DNA from: a virus
Taxonomy: Duplodnaviria; Caudoviricetes
Direction: 5' to 3' (one strand)
Virus record (IMG/VR): IMGVR_UViG_3300025030_000103
Span: 1-63,362 of that record
DNA length: 63,362 nt
This document shows, piece after piece, positions 27,493-37,036 of the stretch. The stretch's first letter is position 1. Each line of letters starts with the position of its first letter. The notes below the pieces were generated by a model, which saw only the letters and a program-made list of their open reading frames with translations, was not told where the DNA came from and made no database searches. Made by a program: the position numbers and the translations under genes.

Positions 27493-27933
27493 CTAGATAA
27501 CCTCCGCCCTAGGTTCGAAGACAAAGCCAGCTGTAAGGAAGGCAACTTCTATTAGGGAAGCATGCTTGAGTTTAAGAAAAACCTCAGTGCCGGCTTCGAT
27601 AACTATAGGAGTCGCAAAAGATGTTGTGCCACTTAAAGCAACTTCATCAATAACTGTCTGGGAGTCTTTACTTCTAATTATCTCCACAGATAGATTTCTA
27701 TCTCCAACTGGGGTTATGAAAGTAAAGTTCTTCAATGTTCCAGCTGTTACATAAAAACCAACTCCGAGTAGTTCTCCTATTAGGACGTTTCTAAGTTGAC
27801 AACCGGCCGGATGTTGGTGGATGCAAAGTTCAATAATCCTCCTAGGCTTTCTCGTGAGAACATCTATGTGAGCATCAATACTTTCAAGAAGATGCTCCAG
27901 TGTATCGCCTGTTATCTGTTTATAAGCCATCAC
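27493..27933 (-). CDS. Hypothetical structural-region protein
   Basis: Coupled ORF in the late operon. Confidence 0.65.
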   Translation of the reverse strand: MMAYKQITGDTLEHLLESIDAHIDVLTRKPRRIIELCIHQHPAGCQLRNVLIGELLGVGFYVTAGTLKNFTFITPVGDRNLSVEIIRSKDSQTVIDEVALSGTTSFATPIVIEAGTEVFLKLKHASLIEVAFLTAGFVFEPRAEVI

Positions 27934-28316
27934 AGCACCCCATTTACACTCTCGTTTAGTTTCGCTAAATCTACTGGAGTTACTTTAACTTCCTTGGAAA
28001 CCAAAGCGAAGTCTCGCAGCTTCTTTGGAAGCTTTTCAAAGATTTGCTCCGGCGTGTCGCCTGGGTTAAGAAGCTCAAGACTCTGAATAGCCTCAGCAAC
28101 CTTCGCTTTCTGCTCTACATACTGAGGATGTTCCGCGAAGAATTTTGTATAAAGCCCTTGTAAATGTGCCTGCCTCTTTGATAAATGATTCAAGAGTTCT
28201 GGTAAATTACAAAGGGCTTTTTCTATAGCAAGATTATAAACCCTCTCAAGGATTTTATTAACCTTCTCTTTGTTCAACCCCAGCTCAACGGCCTCTGCAT
28301 TAGTTATAAAGTCCAT
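27930..28316 (-). CDS. Hypothetical protein
   Basis: Coupled ORF in the late operon. Confidence 0.7.
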   Translation of the reverse strand: MDFITNAEAVELGLNKEKVNKILERVYNLAIEKALCNLPELLNHLSKRQAHLQGLYTKFFAEHPQYVEQKAKVAEAIQSLELLNPGDTPEQIFEKLPKKLRDFALVSKEVKVTPVDLAKLNESVNGVL

Positions 28317-28319
28317 AAC

Positions 28320-29021
28320 CTACCCTTTCATGATCGAAGATCTGTTAGATTCATTCTCGATTTCATCGAAATATATTGTCTGAGCACCTAGAGTCAAACT
28401 CTCAAGAAGCTCTTTGCCTCCATTTGTATTTCGATAGTTGTTATCCATTCTATAGATTGCAGCTTGTATAACCAGTTCAGGATGCCTAACACTCCACCAA
28501 TTCTCTACCGTTTCGGAAGACAAAGACTCTGTGTAAAAGTTCCCAAGGATTTCTAGGCTATAATCTATGTCCGGCCTCGGCCAGATCATAATAGCTTCTC
28601 TTACTGTATCCACAGATCCTGGAAAATCGGCCCAGACTCCCGGAATATCCCCTTGTTGATTGTTCTCATTAGTTGCAACTAATCTAACTGGAGAGGGGCT
28701 GTAATGAGTTGGAATCCCACTCGAGCTTGTAAAGTCTTTATACAGTTTCCTCATATCACCTAAAGGTAGGTAGGCAAGTTCAAATCTCTCTGTATCTGTA
28801 TAAGCCCAAACACTCTTGATTGCTCTAACAGTTCTGTGTATAACAACTCCAGTTGTTTCTGCACTGATAAGGGCAAAATGCATTGCATCTTCTTGAACTT
28901 TAAAAGTTATCTCATCAAGAAACTTGCAGCCTCTGTTTAAATACTTAGTAGCCTCAGCAACCGATAAATCAATTCGCCCAGTTGCTTCTTTAAATTCCTC
29001 TATTAATTCACTCAAGGTCAT
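28320..29021 (-). CDS. Head-tail adaptor / tail tubular protein A
   Basis: MTLSEL start, GIPTHY, IWPRPD..Y, HPEL; synteny. Confidence 0.75.
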   Translation of the reverse strand: MTLSELIEEFKEATGRIDLSVAEATKYLNRGCKFLDEITFKVQEDAMHFALISAETTGVVIHRTVRAIKSVWAYTDTERFELAYLPLGDMRKLYKDFTSSSGIPTHYSPSPVRLVATNENNQQGDIPGVWADFPGSVDTVREAIMIWPRPDIDYSLEILGNFYTESLSSETVENWWSVRHPELVIQAAIYRMDNNYRNTNGGKELLESLTLGAQTIYFDEIENESNRSSIMKG

Positions 29022-29032
29022 ACAGAACCTCC

Positions 29033-29653
29033 TTAGTTAAAATGCAAGACACACCAAGCTAAACCAGCTCCAACTCTGCTCTCTATAACATGCCCTATCT
29101 CATAGAAATGTTTATCGCTCGCCGCGGGCGGAGTTGGATAGGCTTCAGATAAAGCATAGCCAGCTATATAACCAGCATCAGCACCTATGAAACCTCTAGC
29201 TATATGACCGCAGGTAGTATCCCCAATAAACAAAACTTGAGCCTTTCCACCTACAGCTACCCAGACAGAAGCTCCATCTGCAATTCCATCTTCTGTAATA
29301 ACTCCAATAGGTCCGGGCTGATCAACTACAATCTTCTTCACAGCTTGATCCACTGTGCCATCTATCGCAACCACAGTACCTTTGACTGAAGCGGCTCCTG
29401 TTTTATTTATCAACTGTATCCAATCTTTTCGCTCTGTAAGAACATCCAAAAGATCTTTAAGCACTTTCCCTTGTTTGGCGCTAAGAATCTTCGTAGCGTC
29501 ATTAGTTATTAAATCATCCGCTATGTCCGATGGTTCCAGATAATCGGCTACCTCACTCTTTATAACAACTTGCCCTGGATCGGCATAAGCCGGATCTGTG
29601 TCTTCAACATAGAAAGGTCCATGTGAACCTAGATAATATTCCTTAAAGGCCAT
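29033..29653 (-). CDS. Capsid decoration / head fibre-like protein
   Basis: Follows the MCP; LSAKQGKVL repeat-type motif; GGAGG RBS before ATG 29653. Confidence 0.55.
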   Translation of the reverse strand: MAFKEYYLGSHGPFYVEDTDPAYADPGQVVIKSEVADYLEPSDIADDLITNDATKILSAKQGKVLKDLLDVLTERKDWIQLINKTGAASVKGTVVAIDGTVDQAVKKIVVDQPGPIGVITEDGIADGASVWVAVGGKAQVLFIGDTTCGHIARGFIGADAGYIAGYALSEAYPTPPAASDKHFYEIGHVIESRVGAGLAWCVLHFN

Positions 29654-29688
29654 ACAGCCTCCTGAGTTTATATTCAAATTTCGAATAT

Positions 29689-29730
29689 AAACTGAAGAGG
29701 GTTTGAAGTTATCTCTCCCTCTTCAGTTTT
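29689..29730 (-). terminator. Terminator-like hairpin after the major capsid gene
   Basis: aaactgaagaggg...ccctcttcagtttt; overlaps a palindrome copy. Confidence 0.7.
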
Positions 29731-29739
29731 ATTCACTTC

Positions 29740-31050
29740 CTAAGAAGCAGGCGCATTGCCCAGACCGTTCAGAATAGCATGAGTTTTCTCAAGACCCAGC
29801 TCAAGGCCGCACTCAGTGAGATACTCCGACTTCTTCCCGTCGAGGTCATTAGCTTGGATTTCCGGCTTATAGGTGGTATCGTCTACATACCTATAAGTCA
29901 GCTTCTCAGTATCGAGAATAGTGCACTCTCCGCGGGTAGCTGCATCAAGATTCATCAGCGGATGAGTCTTAAGCAGCAGCTCACCGAACGGGCAGGTGAG
30001 GTTCTGGAACTTGAAACCATAAGCCATCTTGGTTTCGCCCATACTGATTGTGACGTTTGTGCTTCCAAGAGCCAGAATCAGCTTCTGGATAGCCAGAGGA
30101 ACTGCGTTGCCGCAGAAACCGATCTTGGTATCGGTACCGTAGCGGAAGATTTCTTCCAGACGATCAAGCAGCCAACTGTAGTTCTTCAAAGCATCAGCTG
30201 CAGAGCCTGCCCAAGTGGTAGAGCCTACGCCAGTTGCCGCGCGGAAATCCCACTTATTAGTGCTAATCGCACCTCGAACACCGCCAGTGAGTCGGAGCGG
30301 CTGACCATTAGCGCCGGTGGTTACATACTTCGGACCATTGTTAAAGAACGCCTGCTCCATCTCTATCATGTGCAGCTCAAGGCATTCTTTCTTAGCCTGG
30401 CTTACAGCATCCCCAGTGCGAAGACGCGTCTTACCTGCGGTACGGGTATTCTCCAGAGAGTTCCTGAAGATCTGAGTGTAGTTGCTAACCTCAGTCGGGT
30501 CGTAACCAATAGATACGCCAGAAGTATCACCTTCGGGATACGCCGTACCACTCGGCTTAGCGGTGGTATAAGATGCAGAGGCCAGAGAAGTGAAGGTCGC
30601 CGAAACCAGCTTACCCTGGATATAGCTATTTGCCCCGTTCGAAGTCGGGGTCGCCGTAACCAGAACCATGAAACGATTCTTAGCGAGATCGCCAGATGCC
30701 GGAGCGGATACTGCGACAACGTGGCCGATCTTGAAATTCGTCACATGAGCTGCACTCATCTTTAGATAGACATCAGCGCCTTGAGCCTTTTCGGCTGCGC
30801 CCCAAGCGCTGCTCAGAGCATCACTGTAGACGCCGGTAACAGTAACGATCTGATTCGGCATCTCTTTTTCAAACCAGTGGAATATCGGGTCGTCCGTCGA
30901 CTTGCTCTTCATCAAGCTCAGGAGCGCGGTCAACGGAGCCTGACCGTTCGGATAAAGGAGAGTCATGGTCTCTCTCCAGTTCTCCGGCCTACGTGCGAGG
31001 GTGCCATCTGCTGCGAAACTCACAGTTCCGCGAAGTCCAGTAACTGCCAT
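29740..31050 (-). CDS. Major capsid protein (SU10/DUF5309-like)
   Basis: PLTALLS, FHWFE, NYTQIFR, EMEQAFF, TGGV, YLTECGLE; follows the scaffold gene. Confidence 0.88.
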   Translation of the reverse strand: MAVTGLRGTVSFAADGTLARRPENWRETMTLLYPNGQAPLTALLSLMKSKSTDDPIFHWFEKEMPNQIVTVTGVYSDALSSAWGAAEKAQGADVYLKMSAAHVTNFKIGHVVAVSAPASGDLAKNRFMVLVTATPTSNGANSYIQGKLVSATFTSLASASYTTAKPSGTAYPEGDTSGVSIGYDPTEVSNYTQIFRNSLENTRTAGKTRLRTGDAVSQAKKECLELHMIEMEQAFFNNGPKYVTTGANGQPLRLTGGVRGAISTNKWDFRAATGVGSTTWAGSAADALKNYSWLLDRLEEIFRYGTDTKIGFCGNAVPLAIQKLILALGSTNVTISMGETKMAYGFKFQNLTCPFGELLLKTHPLMNLDAATRGECTILDTEKLTYRYVDDTTYKPEIQANDLDGKKSEYLTECGLELGLEKTHAILNGLGNAPAS

Positions 31051-31088
31051 TTTGTTTTCCTCCTTGGGAAATTTAAGGGTTAGTAGCT

Positions 31089-31928
31089 CTAGCGAAGATT
31101 AAGCATATCCGCCACAGCTGGATCAAAAAACTCTTCTTTACCGGCGGGCCTAGATGTTCCAGTTCTCCTACTCCCAGCAAAAGCAGGTTTTTGCTTCTGC
31201 GAAGACTGGCTTCGGTCTGCAACTTGTGCAGCCGGATTCTTCAGTCCAAGTCTTTTTCGACTTTCATCGGCCGTAAGCTGGAAGATTTCGTTAAAAGTTT
31301 TATCTTTATGCTTCGTCTCCATTTCGCTCATCACAAACTTTACAAAGCTACCATACTGCCGAAGGTCCTGATTAGCTTCATAGAACTCACTAACAGCCTG
31401 CTGTACCATCACTTGTTGATTTACGATCTGACTGATAACCTGCGGAAGATTAGCTGCAATCTGTCCGACTACGTCCTGCTGCGCCCTTTGGATGGCCGTC
31501 ACAATTAGTGTGGGATTGTCAATAACTTGATCTAATTCCTCATCTGTGAGATATGCCTGAGTTGCGGTAACTTGCTGCTTTTGCGCAACTTGCTGAGTTT
31601 GTGCCTGCGCCTGCGCTTCAGGTGCTTGCTCACCTTGGGCCACGGGATATATCTGCTGTACCTCCGCACCTCCAAGTCGCTGTGTCAGTTCAAGTATCTG
31701 GGCTCTAAGGGTTTCTTCCACAGTCGGTTCTGTTACCGCAGATTCCTGAACCGCATCAACTACAGGGGCCTGATCAACTGGAGCGCTATCTTCCAGATTC
31801 GATTCAAATTCCGAATTTAAACTATCTTGATTGTCCTCAGCTTTTTCCGCTTCCACAGGAGCTATGCCAAGCAAATCTCCCATCAATACCTGCTGTTCTG
31901 CTTGTGCCGCAAGTTCTTCTTCATCCAT
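31089..31928 (-). CDS. Capsid scaffolding protein
   Basis: Acidic, Q-rich and helical; between portal and MCP. Confidence 0.7.
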   Translation of the reverse strand: MDEEELAAQAEQQVLMGDLLGIAPVEAEKAEDNQDSLNSEFESNLEDSAPVDQAPVVDAVQESAVTEPTVEETLRAQILELTQRLGGAEVQQIYPVAQGEQAPEAQAQAQTQQVAQKQQVTATQAYLTDEELDQVIDNPTLIVTAIQRAQQDVVGQIAANLPQVISQIVNQQVMVQQAVSEFYEANQDLRQYGSFVKFVMSEMETKHKDKTFNEIFQLTADESRKRLGLKNPAAQVADRSQSSQKQKPAFAGSRRTGTSRPAGKEEFFDPAVADMLNLR

Positions 31929-31929
31929 C

Positions 31930-32175
31930 TTAATTCTCCTTATCTCTTATTGTAGAGTTCTCAGCGTTTTGACTAAGCTGCATCTTAATCATCGCCGGTA
32001 TGTTTTCGAAATATTCAAGTTCGTGTATCCTACCCCTGATTTGTTCATCACTCCACTTTGGACTTCCGTTAACAAGAAGCTCTGTTAAAAACCTTCTTCG
32101 ATCATTCACATCGAAGGTGAAAGCTTTCCAAATTAGTGACCGTTCGAAAAGCCTCCACTCTTCTAAGGAGATCAT
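31930..32175 (-). CDS. Small portal-adjacent hypothetical protein
   Basis: MISLEEWR...QIRGRIHEL; start uncertain. Confidence 0.6.
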   Translation of the reverse strand: MISLEEWRLFERSLIWKAFTFDVNDRRRFLTELLVNGSPKWSDEQIRGRIHELEYFENIPAMIKMQLSQNAENSTIRDKEN

Positions 32176-32209
32176 TGCCCCATCAATCTCCTCTGTTGTC
32201 CGCCCTTCC

Positions 32210-34198
32210 TTAAAACCCCATATCGCCCATAGCAAGCGGAACAAGATTCCCTGCCTGAGCCTGCTGCTGTACATCAGCTGTTGGAAGTACCTGAGCACCT
32301 GCGATCCCACCTCCTTTATTTACAAAGTCATTTACATTCTTAGCTCCGTTCATTCTCGCAAGGTGCTTAAAGATTTTCCCTGCATTGAACTCCCCAAGTT
32401 TATCGCTGCTCAAGATAGATTGAAAGCTCTTAGTCCAGAAGTCGTTCTCCAGTGCCGTTGCACCTACTGTGGCGCCATCCTTGTAAACTATGTCATAGTC
32501 CGCCAAGATATCAAAGACAGAAACTTTCATAGGTTTAGAAGGATCAAACCCACCTTGCGAGAATTCTTCTAACAAAACATCTTCCCAATCTCCAACTGCC
32601 TTTACATAAACATCTTGGGACATCAGCTGCTGAGTGTGAGAGGCGTGAAAGTAAGCAAGGTCCATAAAGTATTGCCTTGAAATAAGCCTCCCCATATGCT
32701 CTAACCTGGATATTGCATTCTCCTGAGTTCCTCCAAACTCAGCTGCGGTTACCCGCTCGCCTCTGCTTCGTTGAATCCCCATAGTTGCATCTGACGTTCC
32801 CAGGGCTTTCTGCATAAGATCCATAACAACCGGAACGTCTGCCATGTTACCTCTGGTTATGTCAGTCACAGCTAGCTGCTTCACAACATTCTCAACACCA
32901 TGCCCCCAAGCTGAGCGTCTTAATCTAATAAGCTTCCCGGGTTCTGGATTCTCCATATCTTCCATGTTTACCAAAGAAGGATCAACAATCAACATATCAT
33001 TGATGGCTTTCCTTACGTTGGCTATATGACTATTGAAGAGCCAATTCAAGGTGGTCTGTAAACCACCTACAAGTTCCATCTTACTCAATGGTGTAACCGA
33101 GTAACCATCATAATCAGGAGCTGCTATTGCTATCGGATACTGGTTGTGATTCAATCCAAGGGGAGAGGCTTTGATCACTATAAGCTCATTCGCCACTGTG
33201 AAGAGCCAAATCTCTGGGTATTCCCCTCTTGGATTATCCTCAGAAAAAGGAAGCTTCCAATCTTTCGGAATCAACGTAACGTACATGTTTATGAGAGTTA
33301 CGTAGTTGGTCGAAGAGTTAGTAGAAGCCTCATCTCTTTTCGCAATCCTCCTGCTTGCATCGGTAGAATACTTCGATCTGGCTTCAACGAATGGTTGATC
33401 TTTAAGATACTTTACATTAAAAGTACTTGCATCTGTCTGCTCATCTGCGAGAAGCTTATAAAGACTCTTAAACTCAATCCAGCCAACGAACTCCCCATGC
33501 TGTACATTGTGTATCGAGACGTTAGGATCGGGAAGATATCGATAAGGATCGATAGCGATTACTTCATTCCCTTCGAACAACAAAGCATCTACGTTCTCCC
33601 TCAGCTTATTCGTCGATAAAGGATTTCCAAATCTACTAAAGTTAGGCTGCTCCCTAACAACTGGCCTTTTCCCCCACCTCTCTGTCCAGTTCAGCGTAGA
33701 AGCGCCAAGCCCGTAGGAGAGGCAGTCACTAAGAGTCGTATGCATCTCGAGAACGCTCTTAAACCTATTGACCTGTTGATTCACAGTTAGCTCAAGCAGC
33801 TTAGCTCCGATAGTATCCTCAGGGCCATAACCTTCGAACTGGAAGACCGTATCCGTCAGATAAGCCTTTGTAAGGTAACTCATCATGGTTTCTTTCGTAG
33901 CGTAGCTATATGGCACAACTATAGAAACCGGCTTCCTCTTATCTTGGTACTTAATAAGCTTTTCTACCTGATCTGTAGGTATATAGACTTTCAGAGTCTC
34001 ATCAATCTCATTCCACTTCTTATGCCTCTTACTCATAACCGCATAAGAGTCATCTGCCATTCTTGTTACTTTGTTTATAATCTCACTATGCAATCTACTC
34101 CCAGGCTTTAAATCCGCCCCATTAGGGTAATCATATGCCAGATCTTTTACTGGCCCTATATTAGTGCCTTTATAAGCTCCAGCTATTTGAATTGGCAT
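32210..34198 (-). CDS. Portal protein
   Basis: ~660 aa; GPEDTIGAKL, IDPYRYLPDP, PGKLIR, RVTAAE; GGAG RBS before MPIQIAG. Confidence 0.88.
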   Translation of the reverse strand: MPIQIAGAYKGTNIGPVKDLAYDYPNGADLKPGSRLHSEIINKVTRMADDSYAVMSKRHKKWNEIDETLKVYIPTDQVEKLIKYQDKRKPVSIVVPYSYATKETMMSYLTKAYLTDTVFQFEGYGPEDTIGAKLLELTVNQQVNRFKSVLEMHTTLSDCLSYGLGASTLNWTERWGKRPVVREQPNFSRFGNPLSTNKLRENVDALLFEGNEVIAIDPYRYLPDPNVSIHNVQHGEFVGWIEFKSLYKLLADEQTDASTFNVKYLKDQPFVEARSKYSTDASRRIAKRDEASTNSSTNYVTLINMYVTLIPKDWKLPFSEDNPRGEYPEIWLFTVANELIVIKASPLGLNHNQYPIAIAAPDYDGYSVTPLSKMELVGGLQTTLNWLFNSHIANVRKAINDMLIVDPSLVNMEDMENPEPGKLIRLRRSAWGHGVENVVKQLAVTDITRGNMADVPVVMDLMQKALGTSDATMGIQRSRGERVTAAEFGGTQENAISRLEHMGRLISRQYFMDLAYFHASHTQQLMSQDVYVKAVGDWEDVLLEEFSQGGFDPSKPMKVSVFDILADYDIVYKDGATVGATALENDFWTKSFQSILSSDKLGEFNAGKIFKHLARMNGAKNVNDFVNKGGGIAGAQVLPTADVQQQAQAGNLVPLAMGDMGF

Positions 34199-34312
34199 AT
34201 CTTTATCTCCGTTGAAGATTATATTCAAAATTTGAATTTAAACTGTTCTGATGAAATCTATGCTCTGCGCGTATCTTGCCATGGGGCGGCTCCTATTGCA
34301 GTGATTAGTGGG

Positions 34313-36310
34313 TTATGGCCTAAAGCTGATACCGCTCAAATCAATGCCAGTTGTTGCGTTACCCGTCCTAAATTCCAAAATCCCTGTAGTATTTAGTTTC
34401 ACGGGTACCGGAGCATCCGCATTGCTGGCTATAAAAGTCATAGCGATAGATGGGCGATACGGTACAGGCAGCGTAAGCATTGTTTCATAGGCCACCCCTG
34501 CCACTGTTTTTGTGATGACTCCTTGCAAATGCACTACTCCGCCATCATCCATGTAATATTTCACGTTTGAACCGGAGTAGTTTGTCCCAAAGGTGGGCGC
34601 AAGTAAATTAGACCTATTGGCCGCAATGCTTCCACTGATAATATCGTGGCCCTTGTCTCCAACATTCCCGATATAGGCGTTTGTGCTTGCGTTGCCTGCA
34701 CCCTCGTCAATATTCGCAGTGTGACTCTCGCTCTTAAATGTGTTGGCGAGGATATATGACAGTTGTGTGTTGGTAACAGGCATTGAACTGCCAACTGTTA
34801 CCGTGCCGTTGCCATAGAAATCATTCCGGCTTACATTGGAAGCGTAAAGATAGTTCAATTTCATACCAATGCTGGTATTGGATATGAGTTTGTTCCCTGT
34901 CACGAACGAGTACGTCAAACCGTTCAAAATCATACCGTGAGTGTTTGCCCTCGCGGTGTTGTTGTTTATGGTGTAATTGCTTTCCCCTGTGCCGGCGAAA
35001 ATATACAAACCGGCGTTAGCGTTGTCGTGCAGTTTGTTGTCTGATATATCGAGTTTCTTGGTGTAATCCGAGGTTGCAATTCCGCTCCCTGTAGATGGAT
35101 CAGTGCCAATATTACCCTCAGTCATATTTTTTACTGTGTTGCGGAGCACCCGTACATCTTGTATATATCTGGAATTAAAGCCACGCAGGTAGATTCCAAC
35201 AGAGACACCCCCTAACACTGTGTTGTCATTTACAGAACCGTCACCCCCATAGGTAGTCGGCATCCCAATGGTGGCGTTTGCCGCAGACGTAGTATCACCT
35301 GCGCCCACCTCGAATGCATAGTCTGCGTTACCGTTGGCTGTGTTGTAACTTACATCGAAGTCAGTATTATCCGAGCCATGGAATCCATTAAGGTTGTTGT
35401 TGAAAAAGCTGTTGTGCGTAACGGATACATTCTTGCTAGACTGTATGTAGCCACCTTTTTGAGTAGCATTTACAGCGGTCACGTTTTTGATTGTTACTCG
35501 GTCCATTAACGTGAAGACAAACCCGTTGCTAGTTGCGCCAGGAGCTCCGGCTTTGTTACAATCCAGCGTTAAGTCTCTGAGGGATATGTCGTAGTTCGGT
35601 GTTTTAGCTGAATAGTCTGGAACGGTGGGATTACCCTTGCCGCCATAAGCCGTGTAATTTGAGTTCTGGAAGATGTTTATTGACCCCACGGCCCCATCAA
35701 TGATTCGTACAGTTGCGTTTCCAAAACCTACAACTGCCGTGTGGTCGTAGAGTTTGGTTGACGCACTCACCCCGTAGGTTGACGATAGCAGTAACTCCCC
35801 GCCCACTGAAAGTGCAGTTGCGGCACGGTTCAGTGCGACAGTCATGTCTGTCGTGCCAGGAATCGCGTTAACCGCCCACCAATCAGGCCGCGCCTCTTTC
35901 AGCCCCGTAACCACCTGACTCGCCCCGAAGCACCCGTCACTGCCCTCAAACGCCCCGGTGATAGCAACAGTTCCGCTACCGTTCAGCTTTCCACCGGGGA
36001 GGATCTTGACGGCAGGGGCGGAAAGTGTGGCAGGTACGGTGGTGTAGACGGTGGAAATCACCAGTTGCTTACCGGCGGAGGTAGCGGCAGCGTCAGCAAG
36101 TGCGAGTGTCGAATAAGCCCTTGAATCTATAGAAGGCCCTTTAAAAACTGCATCAGCTGCATACACAGTCCCAGAGAATTGCCCAGACACTGAAGAGACA
36201 TTTTTAAACTTCGCATGATTCCCAACAAATCTATCATAGGTACTCGTAGCTGCGAATACACTCGAAGATACTCCCAGCAACATAAGCATTGTGATTATAT
36301 ATCTAAACAT
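34313..36310 (-). CDS. Tailspike-like right-handed beta-helix protein with signal-peptide-like N-terminus
   Basis: Asn/Gly-rich parallel beta-helix repeats, RPDWW...DMTVAL, and a C-terminal TLPVPYRP domain. Confidence 0.8.
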   Translation of the reverse strand: MFRYIITMLMLLGVSSSVFAATSTYDRFVGNHAKFKNVSSVSGQFSGTVYAADAVFKGPSIDSRAYSTLALADAAATSAGKQLVISTVYTTVPATLSAPAVKILPGGKLNGSGTVAITGAFEGSDGCFGASQVVTGLKEARPDWWAVNAIPGTTDMTVALNRAATALSVGGELLLSSTYGVSASTKLYDHTAVVGFGNATVRIIDGAVGSINIFQNSNYTAYGGKGNPTVPDYSAKTPNYDISLRDLTLDCNKAGAPGATSNGFVFTLMDRVTIKNVTAVNATQKGGYIQSSKNVSVTHNSFFNNNLNGFHGSDNTDFDVSYNTANGNADYAFEVGAGDTTSAANATIGMPTTYGGDGSVNDNTVLGGVSVGIYLRGFNSRYIQDVRVLRNTVKNMTEGNIGTDPSTGSGIATSDYTKKLDISDNKLHDNANAGLYIFAGTGESNYTINNNTARANTHGMILNGLTYSFVTGNKLISNTSIGMKLNYLYASNVSRNDFYGNGTVTVGSSMPVTNTQLSYILANTFKSESHTANIDEGAGNASTNAYIGNVGDKGHDIISGSIAANRSNLLAPTFGTNYSGSNVKYYMDDGGVVHLQGVITKTVAGVAYETMLTLPVPYRPSIAMTFIASNADAPVPVKLNTTGILEFRTGNATTGIDLSGISFRP

Positions 36311-36351
36311 AAATCCTCCAGTTTGTGTTCAAAATTCGAATTTAAACTAAG

Positions 36352-36753
36352 CTAAACTTGCCAGAGATTAACGCCATCAGATATAAGCGAAACAACCTCG
36401 TTAGGTACTGTCAAGACTATTGAAGTCTGCCCATCTATAGTAGCAAACCCATAGGCTTGCAATGTGACAGTATTCTCTGTTGCATCTATCTTCTTTGTCT
36501 TATAAACAACTCCAGGGATCATCAAAGCTGCGTCGGGCAACAGAAAAGATTGATTCCCGCCAGCTGCGTTTGCCAGAACACAAGTGTCGGTTATCTCATA
36601 ACTATAATTCAGTACACTAAGAGTAAGCGGAGCACCTAAGGCTTGTATTGCAGTTTGCAGCTCATTCACCTTAGTCCGCGTTTCCCTGAGATAAGCTGCA
36701 TGAGTTTTAACCATGGCAACATCTGTTGGACTATTTGCATCTAGCAGACTCAT
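36352..36753 (-). CDS. Tail fibre-associated protein
   Basis: LPDA...KKID..NTVT...TIDG...SDG.NLW beta-domain pattern. Confidence 0.6.
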   Translation of the reverse strand: MSLLDANSPTDVAMVKTHAAYLRETRTKVNELQTAIQALGAPLTLSVLNYSYEITDTCVLANAAGGNQSFLLPDAALMIPGVVYKTKKIDATENTVTLQAYGFATIDGQTSIVLTVPNEVVSLISDGVNLWQV

Positions 36754-36763
36754 ATAAATCTCC

Positions 36764-36991
36764 TTATGTTATAGAAGGATTTTTGCAAGTTAAGTTACAA
36801 CCTTTGTTTTTATAGAAGCAAGCAGCGCAACCTAGAAGTTTCGGAATAAGAGCAAGAAGCCGGATAACTGAATAAGCTATAGCTAGCCAGAGGGCCCAAT
36901 CTTGAAGAGTCAAACCCAGAACGGGCGCCGATGCAACTATAGCAGGCGGACTAATATCTCTCACTGCGCCAAGAGCTTCTTTCGAGAACAT
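36764..36991 (-). CDS. Small membrane protein (holin-like)
   Basis: GLTLQDW plus a TM helix. Confidence 0.55.
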   Translation of the reverse strand: MFSKEALGAVRDISPPAIVASAPVLGLTLQDWALWLAIAYSVIRLLALIPKLLGCAACFYKNKGCNLTCKNPSIT

Positions 36992-37036
36992 AAAAATCTC
37001 CAGTGTTTTCGGTAAGTTTCGATTTGAAATTTGAAT

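Noticed and set aside
29779-30765. 328-aa + strand ORF
   Set aside because: Antisense shadow of the phage A capsid gene, with no recognisable motifs.
34313-36310. Diversity-generating retroelement targeting the tailspike
   Set aside because: No reverse transcriptase and no template/variable repeat pair seen.
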